Assembly: GCF_008065095.1 (NCBI RefSeq) | Contig: NZ_CP042911.1 | Coordinates: 420,001-452,000, forward strand | Source: Gemmata obscuriglobus | GTDB lineage: Bacteria > Planctomycetota > Planctomycetia > Gemmatales > Gemmataceae | Direction: 5' to 3' | DNA length: 32,000 nt | In this document: positions 17,402 to 26,186 of the stretch, in pieces | How positions within the stretch are numbered: position 1 is the stretch's first letter | Layout: every line of letters starts with the position of its first letter | The notes under the pieces: model-generated | Database searches by the model: none | Seen by the model: only the letters and a program-made list of their open reading frames with translations | What the model was told of the DNA's origin: nothing | Program-made: the position numbers and the translations under genes

Positions 17402-17660
17402 GGGGGGGAGCGCCCAGCACTTCCAATCGCCCTCCACAACATTTCACGAGCCGACACTTGCCCGGCGGCCGTCGCGAACGCACGGCACGCACCATGTGGC
17501 GGTGCTTTGCGAGTAGTCGGCGCGACCGCACTTGTCACGGTTGCGGCAAGTACCCCTTGCCCTCGCGTGGTCGCGTCCGCATTCTGTTAGCACCGGTTCC
17601 CGCCGGTTCGGGGGCTCCCCGCGTTCGCCGTAATGGCCCACCGCCGAGCGCGGAGGTCGC

Positions 17661-20054
17661 TTGCTCGCCGTCCTGTACGCGACAACACTGTTCGCCGGCG
17701 CGGCCCTGCTGTTCCTTGTGCAGCCGCTCGTCGGCAAACTGCTCCTGCCGCTCGTCGGCGGCACGCCCGGGGTGTGGAACACCTGCATGGTGTTCTTTCA
17801 GTCCGTGCTGCTTGTCGGCTACCTGTACGCGCACCGCAGCACCGGAAAGCTGGGGGTGCGGCGTCAGGCGCTGTTCCATCTCCTGCTTCTCACCGCGGTC
17901 GCGGTCTCGTTCAAGGCGGCCATCGCGACCACCGGCGCACCGGTCCCGGTGGTCCCGTCGATGCTCCCGGACGACCAGGACTCGTCCGTCCTGATGGTCG
18001 CGCAGCTCGGCCTCACGGTCGGGATCGCCGTCGGGCTGCCGTTCCTCGTCCTCTCGACCACCTCCCCGCTGCTCCAGCGGTGGTTCGCCTCGACCGGCCA
18101 CCCGGCCGCGCGAGACCCTTACTTCTTGTACGCGGCGAGCAACGCCGGGAGCCTCCTGGGGTTGCTCGCGTACCCGCTCCTGATCGAGCCGCGGCTCGCG
18201 CTGAAGCACCAGCAGTGGGTGTTCGCGGGCGGTGTGATGGGGTACATCGGGCTGGTCGTCGCGTGTTCGTTCACGGTCATTCGGAACGCAGAACGCGGGA
18301 CCGAAGGCACGCAGGGCCAGGGTACGGAGGGCGGTCCGGAACTCCGCGCGACGCTTGCGGCCCCCATCGCGGTTTCACGGATCGCCCGCTGGGTGATGCT
18401 CGCCGCGCTGCCATCGAGCCTGTTGCTGGGCGTAACGACGCACGTCTCGACCGACCTGGCCCCGGTGCCGCTGCTGTGGGTGGTGCCGCTCGCGCTGTAC
18501 CTCACGAGCTTCATTCTGGTGTTCGCGCGCTGGCCCGACGGGGTACACCGGTTCGTCGGCCGGGTTACGCCGATGCTGCTCCTGTTCGTAGTGCTGACGC
18601 TGCTGACCAACGCGGCCGAACCGCTGGCGGTGGTCGGGCTGCTGCACATGCTGGCCTTCTTCGGCGTGTGCCTGGTGTGCCACGGCGAGATGGCGAAGGA
18701 CCGGCCGCCGGCCGAGTACCTCACCGCGTTCTACTTCTGGATGTCGTTCGGCGGGGTGCTCGGCGGGCTGTTCAATGCGCTCCTCGCCCCGATCCTGTTC
18801 GCCGCGGTGGGCATGGTCGAGTACCCGCTGGCGCTGGTGCTGGCCGCAGCAGTGCGGCCCCGGAGCGACGACCCCGAGGAGCGGCTGAAAGGGGCCGATG
18901 TCGCGCTCGTGCTGGTGCTGCTGGCGCTGTCGGTAGGGCTGGTGCTCGCGGTGCAGCACCTGGTCCGGGTGCCGACCGAGCCCGACGCGCCGGACGCGCT
19001 CACCTCCCGGCTGCTGCGCGGCGGGCTGATGTTCGGCATCCCGGGCGCCGCGGCGTTCGCGCTGGTCCGCAAGCCGGCGCGGTACGCGCTGGCCCTGGCG
19101 GCCATTCTGGTTGCGGGGGCGTTCGACACCGGCCACTTCGGCGAGACGCTGCACAAGGAGCGCAACTTCTTCGGGGTGATCCGGGTCACGCGCGACGGGA
19201 AGTTCATCAAGCTGATCCACGGGACGACGCTACACGGCCAGCAGCGTGCCGACGAGCCGGGGCCGCCGCGGCCGATGACCTACTACCACCAGAAGGGGCC
19301 GGTCGGCCACCTCTTCGCGTCGCTGCCGCCCGAGCGGGTGAAAACCGTCGGCGTGGTCGGGCTGGGGACGGGCGCGGTGGCCGCGTACGCGCGGCCGGGG
19401 CAGAAGTGGACCTTCTACGAGATCGACCCGGCGGTGGTGCGGGTGGCGCGCGACACCAACTACTTCCGCTTCCTCTCGGACTGCCAGGGCGAGTGCGACG
19501 TGGTCCTCGGCGACGCCCGCCGGCACCTCACCAAGCCGCCGGACGGGTGCTACGATGTCATCATCCTCGACGGATTCTGCTCCGACGCCATCCCGGTCCA
19601 TTTGCTGACGCGCGAGGCGATCGCTCTCTACGTCTCGAAGCTCGCGCCCAACGGCGTGATCGCGATGCACGTCTCGAACAACCACCTCGACCTGCCCCCG
19701 CTGATCCGCCGGCTGGCCGACGACCACAACCCGAAACTGGCGGTGCGGTACTGCCACGACGCGCCGCTCGACGCCGAACGCGCGGACGGCAAAACGGAGT
19801 CGCAGTGGATGCTGCTGGCGCGCTCGGATGCGGACCTCGCGCCGGTGGTGGACACCTCCCGAACCCTCGGCCCGTCGCCGCTGGTTCAGACGCTCGCGGC
19901 TGCGTCGGCGAGCGTCGCGGGCGTCCCGTGGACACGTCCCGCGCCGTACAAGTTCCTGGTGCAGTGGAACGAGGTGCCGTTGGAAGACGGTCCGATCTGG
20001 CGCGACGACTTTGCGAACCTGCTCCGTGTGTGGAAGAAGCGCGGGACGGAGTGA
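17661..20054 (+). CDS. fused polytopic membrane (MFS-like) / spermidine-synthase-like methyltransferase-fold protein
   Basis: The TTG start at 17661 is preceded by GGAGG (17652-17656). About 480 aa of TM helices are followed by a SpeE-like Rossmann domain: VGVVGLGTGAVAAYA, WTFYEIDPAVVRVA, VLGDARRHL, YDVIILDGFCSDAIPVHLLT and LAPNGVIAMHVSN. Confidence 0.8.
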   Translation: MLAVLYATTLFAGAALLFLVQPLVGKLLLPLVGGTPGVWNTCMVFFQSVLLVGYLYAHRSTGKLGVRRQALFHLLLLTAVAVSFKAAIATTGAPVPVVPSMLPDDQDSSVLMVAQLGLTVGIAVGLPFLVLSTTSPLLQRWFASTGHPAARDPYFLYAASNAGSLLGLLAYPLLIEPRLALKHQQWVFAGGVMGYIGLVVACSFTVIRNAERGTEGTQGQGTEGGPELRATLAAPIAVSRIARWVMLAALPSSLLLGVTTHVSTDLAPVPLLWVVPLALYLTSFILVFARWPDGVHRFVGRVTPMLLLFVVLTLLTNAAEPLAVVGLLHMLAFFGVCLVCHGEMAKDRPPAEYLTAFYFWMSFGGVLGGLFNALLAPILFAAVGMVEYPLALVLAAAVRPRSDDPEERLKGADVALVLVLLALSVGLVLAVQHLVRVPTEPDAPDALTSRLLRGGLMFGIPGAAAFALVRKPARYALALAAILVAGAFDTGHFGETLHKERNFFGVIRVTRDGKFIKLIHGTTLHGQQRADEPGPPRPMTYYHQKGPVGHLFASLPPERVKTVGVVGLGTGAVAAYARPGQKWTFYEIDPAVVRVARDTNYFRFLSDCQGECDVVLGDARRHLTKPPDGCYDVIILDGFCSDAIPVHLLTREAIALYVSKLAPNGVIAMHVSNNHLDLPPLIRRLADDHNPKLAVRYCHDAPLDAERADGKTESQWMLLARSDADLAPVVDTSRTLGPSPLVQTLAAASASVAGVPWTRPAPYKFLVQWNEVPLEDGPIWRDDFANLLRVWKKRGTE

Positions 20055-20548
20055 AGCCGGTGCGATGCCGCTCGCGGCCCCAGGCGATCGAGTGGGGCAG
20101 TTGCCTCAAACGTGGCCATAACTCCTCGGGCGGTTGCCCCCTATCCGCAATCCACCCCGAGGAACTGTATTGGGCGGCTTGGCGGCCCTGGATTTGGGGA
20201 CCGGCGGTGGCACACGCCCACGCCCGACGCGGTCGTCTGGCTCCGCATTTTGAGAGAAGCCATCTGCCCTCCGGCGCCTGACGCCGATGGTACCGGCACA
20301 AAGGCACTCGGGGCCTTCCTTCCTCCGGCGGCTCCGGGTTGCTCCCGACGGGTTGCCCAAGGTGACCACCTTCACCATCGGGCCGTGAGCTCGACCCGCT
20401 CGCGTCGCTCGCGGATCACACTCCAGGCCGGACCTCTGGTCAAATCAACGAACGCCGCGGGTGGCGGCGCTCTGAGACGAATCCGCTCCGTTTCCTGTCG
20501 ATTCGTTACAATTGAAAGAAGACCTCTTCCGATTCGGAGCCTGCCGCG

Positions 20549-21856
20549 ATGTCCGCGATGACGATGACCGAGAAGATCCTGGCCCGCGCCAGCGGAAAAG
20601 CCCAGGCTGCCCCCGGCGAGAACGTGTGGGCCAACGTCGACGTGCTGATGACGCACGATGTGTGCGGGCCGGGCACGTTCGGCGTGTTCAAGAAGGAGTT
20701 CGGGCCGGACGCGAAGGTGTGGGACAAGGAGAAGCTGGTCCTCATCCCGGACCACTACATCTTCACCAAGGACGCGATGGCGAACCGCAACGTCGACGTG
20801 TTGCGCCAGTTCGCGAAAGAGCAGGACATCAAGTACTTCTACGACGTCGGCACCAAGAGCTACAAGGGCGTGTGCCACATCGCGCTGCCCGAAGAGGGGC
20901 ACACCCGCCCCGGCGAGGTGCTGCTCGGCACCGACAGCCACACCTGCACCGCCGGCGCGTTCGGCGAGTTCGCCACCGGCATCGGCAACACCGACGCCGG
21001 GTTCGTCCTCGGCACCGGCAAGCTGTGGCTCAAGGTGCCGCCCACCATGCGGTTCGTGTTCCACGGCAACCTGCCGCCGTACCTCATGGCGAAGGACCTG
21101 ATCCTCGCGGTGATCGGCGACATCGGCGTGGACGGCGCCACCTACCGCGCGATGGAGTTCGACGGCGACGGCGTGTACGCCCTCAACATTGAGGAGCGGA
21201 TGACGCTGTGCAACATGGCGATCGAGGCCGGCGGCAAGAACGGCATCATCGCCGCCGACCAGGTGACGCTCGACTACGTCAACAAGCGGAACGCCGGGAA
21301 CCGGCCGTACACCGTGGTGAAGAGCGACCCGGGCGCGCAGTTCGTGTTCGAGAAGGTGTACGACGTGTCGAAGTTGGAGCCGGTGATCGCCAAGCCGCAC
21401 TCCCCGGACAACAAGGCGTTCGTGAGCCAAGTGAAGGGGACCAAGCTCGACCGCGCGTACATCGGGAGCTGCACCGGCGGCAAGCTCACCGACTTCAAGG
21501 CCGCGGCCCAGTTGCTCAACGGCAAGACGGTGAAGATCGACACGTTCGTGGTGCCCGCCACGACCGAGGTGGCCCGCGGCCTGGACACGGAGACGATCGG
21601 CGGCAGGTCGCTGCGCGACATCTTCCTCTCCGCCGGCGCCAAGATCGGCGACGCGAGCTGCGCGGCGTGCCTGGGCGGGCCGTCGGACACGTTCGGCCGG
21701 CTCAACGCGCCGATCAGTTGCATCAGCACCACCAACCGGAACTTCCCTGGCCGGATGGGTCACAAGGACGCACAGGTGTTCCTGGCCAGCCCGCTGACGG
21801 TGGCCGCCAGCGCGCTGACCGGCACCATCGCGGACTGCCGCGAGCTGCTGGTATAA
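20549..21856 (+). CDS. leuC: 3-isopropylmalate dehydratase large subunit (short, archaeal/type-2 form; homoaconitase-type not excluded)
   Basis: The aconitase-family motifs are MTHDVCGP, LLGTDSHTCTAGAFG, AYIGSCTGGK, ASCAACLGG and TTNRNFPGRMG. 435 aa. GGAG lies 9 nt upstream of the ATG. Confidence 0.85.
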   Translation: MSAMTMTEKILARASGKAQAAPGENVWANVDVLMTHDVCGPGTFGVFKKEFGPDAKVWDKEKLVLIPDHYIFTKDAMANRNVDVLRQFAKEQDIKYFYDVGTKSYKGVCHIALPEEGHTRPGEVLLGTDSHTCTAGAFGEFATGIGNTDAGFVLGTGKLWLKVPPTMRFVFHGNLPPYLMAKDLILAVIGDIGVDGATYRAMEFDGDGVYALNIEERMTLCNMAIEAGGKNGIIAADQVTLDYVNKRNAGNRPYTVVKSDPGAQFVFEKVYDVSKLEPVIAKPHSPDNKAFVSQVKGTKLDRAYIGSCTGGKLTDFKAAAQLLNGKTVKIDTFVVPATTEVARGLDTETIGGRSLRDIFLSAGAKIGDASCAACLGGPSDTFGRLNAPISCISTTNRNFPGRMGHKDAQVFLASPLTVAASALTGTIADCRELLV

Positions 21857-21886
21857 TCGCGCACGTCCCGCGCAGGAAAACGAGCC

Positions 21887-22138
21887 GTGACCACGACGAT
21901 CATCACCATTACTGACCCCGAGTTGCTCGCGAAACTGGCCGCCGCAGAGGGCCGGATCGTCTTCCGCGGGCCGTCCGGAGAGGCGGTCAAAACCGCGGAC
22001 ACGGTCACGCGTGGCGGGCTGCCGCGAGGGGTTAAGTCGCCGATCTCCGATGAGGAAATCGAGGAGGCGCGGAAGCAACCGGACGGTTCACCGCTCGCGG
22101 ACGTGTGGAAGCGGATTCACGAGAGGCACAAGCCGTGA
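21887..22138 (+). CDS. putative antitoxin of a ParE/RelE-like TA pair (hypothetical 83-aa protein)
   Basis: The GTG start follows AGGAAA. The stop overlaps the downstream toxin-like start in a GTGA 4-nt overlap (22135-22138). The acidic C-terminal half reads SDEEIEEARKQPDGSPLADVWKRI. Function is inferred from context only. Confidence 0.55.
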   Translation: MTTTIITITDPELLAKLAAAEGRIVFRGPSGEAVKTADTVTRGGLPRGVKSPISDEEIEEARKQPDGSPLADVWKRIHERHKP

Positions 22139-22392
22139 ATTACGCGGTCACCTGAACGCCCAATGCCGAGCAGGAACTGGCAGACGTTTGGGTCGCGGCG
22201 ACGGATCGGCACGTGGTCACCGCGGGGTCATACCGGCTCGACAAGGAAATCGCGACCGCTCCATACGGGCGCGGACTGTCGCGCGGCTCTCCGGCGGTTT
22301 ACACGGCCGTCGAACTGCCGCTCGGAATTGAGTACGAAGTGATCGAAGACGACAAGAAGGTACGCGTCCTGCGCGTCTGGTCTTTGGTTTGA
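22135..22392 (+). pseudogene. ParE/RelE-family toxin-like gene with in-frame TGA at codon 7
   Basis: Not in the ORF track. Translation gives (M)NYAVT*TPNAEQELADVWVAATDRHVVTAGSYRLDKEIATAPYGRGLSRGSPAVYTAVELPLGIEYEVIEDDKKVRVLRVWSLV*. The overall pattern (short N-terminal strand, AEQEL..W helix, G.SR, PLGI.YEV.ED...V.VL.V C-terminus) is typical of small ParE/RelE toxins. TGA lies at 22153-22155. Confidence 0.6.
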
Positions 22393-22409
22393 GTCGCGAG
22401 GTTCACCGC

Positions 22410-23243
22410 ATGGGCCGTTCGTTCGGGGCTGCGAGCGCCGCCCTTCTGTTCCCGGCGCTCGCGGCCCTGACTCCGGCCGCCCCAGACGCACCCAAGCCCA
22501 GCGATTTTGTTACCGTACAAAAAGGTACACTCCCGATTATCATTTCGGCGCCCCACGGCGGACGCAAACCGGTGCCCGAGTTGCCGCTGCGTGTGGGAAC
22601 CGGGCTGAACAACTTCCAGACCGTGCGCGACGAAAACACCGCCGAGTTGACCGAGAAGCTTGCTGCAGAGTTAGAAGAAATCCTCGACGGTAAGCCGTGG
22701 GTGGTGATCGCGCGGTTCGAGCGCAAGTACCTGGACGCGAACCGGTCGTCCGAGCAGGGCTACGAGAGCGACAAAGCCAAGCCGTACTACGACGCCTACC
22801 ACGCCCCGCTCGAGGCCGCGTGCAAGGCGGTTCGCGAGAAGCACGGGCGCGGGCTTCTGCTCGACATCCACGGTCAGGCCCTGCACCCGGGCGCGATCTG
22901 CCGCGGCACGCAGAACCTGAAAACCGTCAAGCTCCTCCGCGACCGCGACGGAATGGCCGCGCTGCGTGGCAAGTACAGCGTGCTGGGGCGCATGGAGAAG
23001 CACGGGTACAAGGTGTTGCCGGCGGCCGACGCCGAAGAAGGCACAAAAGAGGAACCGCAGTTCAACGGCGGGTACATCATCAACCACTACGGTAGCCACA
23101 CCGCGTTCGCGATCGACGCGATCCAGCTCGAACTCGGCAGCCACCTCCGCGCGAAGGACAAGTCCGCGGACACCGCGAAAGACCTCGCGGATGCGGTCCG
23201 CGTGTTTTACGACGTTTACCTGAAAGACGCGACGAAGAAGTGA
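22410..23243 (+). CDS. secreted N-formylglutamate amidohydrolase (FGase)-family protein
   Basis: The signal-like N-terminus is MGRSFGAASAALLFPALAAL. The family-like motifs are IIISAPHGGRKPVPE, RKYLDANRS, YYDAYHAPLEAA and LLLDIHGQ. Confidence 0.6.
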   Translation: MGRSFGAASAALLFPALAALTPAAPDAPKPSDFVTVQKGTLPIIISAPHGGRKPVPELPLRVGTGLNNFQTVRDENTAELTEKLAAELEEILDGKPWVVIARFERKYLDANRSSEQGYESDKAKPYYDAYHAPLEAACKAVREKHGRGLLLDIHGQALHPGAICRGTQNLKTVKLLRDRDGMAALRGKYSVLGRMEKHGYKVLPAADAEEGTKEEPQFNGGYIINHYGSHTAFAIDAIQLELGSHLRAKDKSADTAKDLADAVRVFYDVYLKDATKK

Positions 23244-23362
23244 ACGCTCTGGCAGGCATAGCGCGTCAAAGCGCGCCGCACAACTGCGGTGCCCGCCGCC
23301 TTCCAGTCCGGGCCGAACGATCGGCGCTTCTCGCCCGCGCCGGCCGTTCGGTTTGAAGAACC

Positions 23363-25972
23363 TTACTCTTTGTCGCGCGAGAAGTACTCGGTCTTGGCGT
23401 ACACGCTCAGGATCGTGTCGCCGACCTCGAAGAACGTCCCTTCCTTCTCGTCCTTCGAAAACGCCAGTTCGGGGTACTTCGCGGCAAGCGCGTCGGCGGG
23501 CTGCGCCTTGGCCTCCACCTCGTCGGGCAGGAGCCCGGTGGCGCCCACATAGAACACTAGCGCGCTGAGTTTGTCTGCGAACAGGGCGTCGGAGCGGGCG
23601 TCGAGCTTCTTACGGGCGTCCGCGAGGGCTTCCACGAACTCCTTGCGGTCGGGTTGCTTGCCGGACGCACGCCCCTTCACGATCGCGGCCAACTTCTCGG
23701 CCTCAGCAGACGCGAGCAACTTTGCAGCTTCGCCGTTCGGGCGCAGCCCGAGGAAGTCGTCGAACAGCGCCTTCATGAAGTCGTCGACCTTCGTCACCTT
23801 CGTGCGGGCGGAGAGCGTCTTGTGCTTGTAAGTCACGTTCCCGTCCAGCACGTCCTCGAACGCGGGTTTCTCTACCGGCTTCCCGTCGGCGCCGATCACC
23901 TCGTACATGCGGTCCAGGAACTTGTTCGCGCTGTGCAGCTTCGACAGGTTCAGGATGGACTTGTTGCCGATGTCGATCTTGTAGCTGGTGCGGGTGTCCA
24001 CGCTTCCGTCGGCCAGCGCGTCTTCCAGCTTCGCGTAGGGGTTGGTGGTCGGGAAACTGAGGAACAGGCTCTTCGACAGGTAGTGCCTCTTCAGCTCTTC
24101 GACCTGTTCGGCACTCAATTCGTCGGATGCTTCCTTTAGGTGCGCGGCGCAGAGGCTGGACAGCACCTTGAGACGTGCCAGTTCGTCGAACACCCCGTCC
24201 AGTTCCACGGCGCCCTCGAACGGCGGGACGACCGGCAACTGGTCGAGCCGGAGCGTGTACTCCTCGTTCGCGTCGTACTTGCCGGCGGGTTGCCCGTCGA
24301 CTTCCAGCACGCCCTCGTTCGCGAGCTTGTCGAACAGCGACGTGTCCGAAATCTTGATGCGAAGGTACGGTACCGTCAGTTCGCCGTCGCCGACGAGCGT
24401 GTAGTTGTTGAAGGTGCTGAGGTTGTCGAGCTTGATCCCGGCGACCTCGGTGATTGGGGCGCCGCCCGCGGTGGGCACCAGGCGCACCTTCCGCGTGAGC
24501 AGCATGTTCATGGTCGCGGTGTTGCGGTTCACGTCGAACGAGGAGATCGGAATGTACTTGTCCTCGCTCACGAACTCGGTCTTCAGCCACGGCTCGGTGA
24601 CGGTGCCGTCGTCGTCGCGCACCCCCTGGAGGCGCTTCAGCCCGCGGCGCACGTAAACCGCCGTGAGCGCCTCGCGGTTGATGACGAAGTTGCCGCGGTT
24701 GGCGTCGAGCAGGTTGACGAGCGTGAGGAACGGGATCTTCTTGTTCACCGGCACCTGATCGAGCATCGCGTGCGTACCGAGCTGGGTCGGGTCGGCGAGC
24801 AGCGTGTCCAGGTCCTGTGACAGCGCGGCCACCTGGTTGTTCGTGAGCGCGCGGGCGTGAACGCCGACCAGCGTGGCGTCGAAGGTGCTGCCGAGCGCGT
24901 ACTTCGCGGTGTTCAGCCCGCCCTCGGCGAGGTGCCCCTTCGCGAACGCGAACACCGCCTCGCTCGTCTGCTCGACCGGCGCAGCGGACTTGTCGTACTC
25001 GGCCTTCGTGAGCTTCTTGTACTTGTAAACGATCGCGTCGTCTTCCGCTTTGAGCCCGCGGATCGAGAGCGGGCCGGTTGTGCCGTTCACCCGGCCCGCG
25101 CCGCGCGAGACGAACACCTGGTAGTCGTAACCGCCGAGCGGCACCTCGATCGGCGGCGTTACGGAACTGCCGAGCGTCTTGGTCGAGTTGTACAGCGACG
25201 CGTACACCGCGCCGATGTTGCCGGCTTTGACGCACGAGCCGCTGCCGGCGTTGGCGATCCGGGACAGCAGCCGGAAGTCGGTATAGTCGCCGTAGGCGAG
25301 CGTGTTCACGAACACGTCCTTGCCCTTCATGTCGTCGCAGAGCTTCAACAGCGTCGCCGCTTCGGACGTGGACGACGGGTCGTTGGCGTACCCGTCGGTG
25401 TGGATCGTGATCGCGGTGAGTTCGCCGGCCATCACCTTCTCCGAGGCCAGCTTGAGGCCCTGCGAAATGCACGTCGCGCACGAGGTCTGAATCGACTTGA
25501 TGTCCTTCTGGTACCGCGAGTCCTTCTTCATGATCTCGCGGATCGGCACGCGCTCGAAGTGGCAGATCACGTCGCCCTGGCTCGAGTACGAGATCAGCGT
25601 GACGAGCAGGTTGTACTGAGCGTACTCGTCGAGCGTGAGGATCTTGAGCAGTGTTTCCTTGGTTTCGGGCAGGGCGGAGTACATCGACCCCGACCGGTCC
25701 ACAACGATCACGCTGTGGGCGACCGATTTGGCGTCGCCGGGGGCGTCGCCGCGGTCGAGTTCGTGCGGCTCAACAAGGTAGTACCCGCGGGGCTGACCGA
25801 GGAGATTGAACAGCGTGAACTTGCTCGGCCCGCTGAGCCGTGCCAGCTCGCCCGCCGGTGCGAGCGCGGGTGCGCCCGGAGTCGCCTTCTTGGTGCTTTT
25901 CTTGGCTGCTGCGGGCTTCTTCGCCGCAGCGGTCTTACCCGTGGTGGATTTCGCCATGACGTTCGGCCTCAT
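23363..25972 (-). CDS. large cytoplasmic von Willebrand factor A (MIDAS) domain protein with N-terminal histone-H1/AlgP-like Lys/Ala/Pro tail
   Basis: The tail is AKSTTGKTAAAKKPAAAKKSTKKATPGAP. The MIDAS motif is VIVVDRSGSM (DxSxS) with a later TAITIHTDGYAND (TDG). No signal peptide or TM segment is present. The remaining roughly 590 aa have no motif I recognise. An alternative ATG lies at 25957. Confidence 0.8.
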   Translation of the reverse strand: MRPNVMAKSTTGKTAAAKKPAAAKKSTKKATPGAPALAPAGELARLSGPSKFTLFNLLGQPRGYYLVEPHELDRGDAPGDAKSVAHSVIVVDRSGSMYSALPETKETLLKILTLDEYAQYNLLVTLISYSSQGDVICHFERVPIREIMKKDSRYQKDIKSIQTSCATCISQGLKLASEKVMAGELTAITIHTDGYANDPSSTSEAATLLKLCDDMKGKDVFVNTLAYGDYTDFRLLSRIANAGSGSCVKAGNIGAVYASLYNSTKTLGSSVTPPIEVPLGGYDYQVFVSRGAGRVNGTTGPLSIRGLKAEDDAIVYKYKKLTKAEYDKSAAPVEQTSEAVFAFAKGHLAEGGLNTAKYALGSTFDATLVGVHARALTNNQVAALSQDLDTLLADPTQLGTHAMLDQVPVNKKIPFLTLVNLLDANRGNFVINREALTAVYVRRGLKRLQGVRDDDGTVTEPWLKTEFVSEDKYIPISSFDVNRNTATMNMLLTRKVRLVPTAGGAPITEVAGIKLDNLSTFNNYTLVGDGELTVPYLRIKISDTSLFDKLANEGVLEVDGQPAGKYDANEEYTLRLDQLPVVPPFEGAVELDGVFDELARLKVLSSLCAAHLKEASDELSAEQVEELKRHYLSKSLFLSFPTTNPYAKLEDALADGSVDTRTSYKIDIGNKSILNLSKLHSANKFLDRMYEVIGADGKPVEKPAFEDVLDGNVTYKHKTLSARTKVTKVDDFMKALFDDFLGLRPNGEAAKLLASAEAEKLAAIVKGRASGKQPDRKEFVEALADARKKLDARSDALFADKLSALVFYVGATGLLPDEVEAKAQPADALAAKYPELAFSKDEKEGTFFEVGDTILSVYAKTEYFSRDKE

Positions 25973-26186
25973 TGCAGAAGAGTGCGAAGGTACGCCGACA
26001 TTGTGCCCCGGTGCATACGGGGGGCAACTGGAAACCGGCCCGTTCGCTCAAACTTAATCGAAGTGTACGCATGTATCAAATCGGGCTGTAGGTGCGTTGA
26101 TTTCCGCGCTGGCGCGAGCCGCATGGCTGGTTCGTGTGTCCGTCGTAAAATGGAGGAGTTGCACACCGTTGCGAGGTCATTGAGCC

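Noticed and set aside
16158-17410. Target-site duplication for the second IS (G-runs GGGAGGGGGG / GGGGGGGGAG on both flanks)
   Set aside because: The 9-mers abutting the inferred ends (GGGGGTAGC versus GGGGGGGAG) are not identical. The similarity is just G-richness, so no TSD is claimed.
17633-20281. 882-aa plus-strand ORF overlapping the membrane/spermidine-synthase-like gene in another frame
   Set aside because: The translation is Arg/Ala/Gly/Pro-rich with no hydrophobic-helix pattern or SAM-binding motifs. The 17661 frame has both.
20112-20561. 149-aa ORF in the leuC upstream gap
   Set aside because: The composition is Arg/Pro/Gly-rich with no motifs, and it overlaps the leuC start. It is treated as non-coding.
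20372-22078. 568-aa minus-strand ORF antisense to leuC. Similar long shadows lie at 23703..25481 (-), 24857..26707 (+), 26076..27701 (-) and 27756..28883 (-).
   Set aside because: All are Arg/His/Gly/Pro-rich antisense or off-frame translations of genes with unambiguous family motifs (leuC, vWA protein, ileS).
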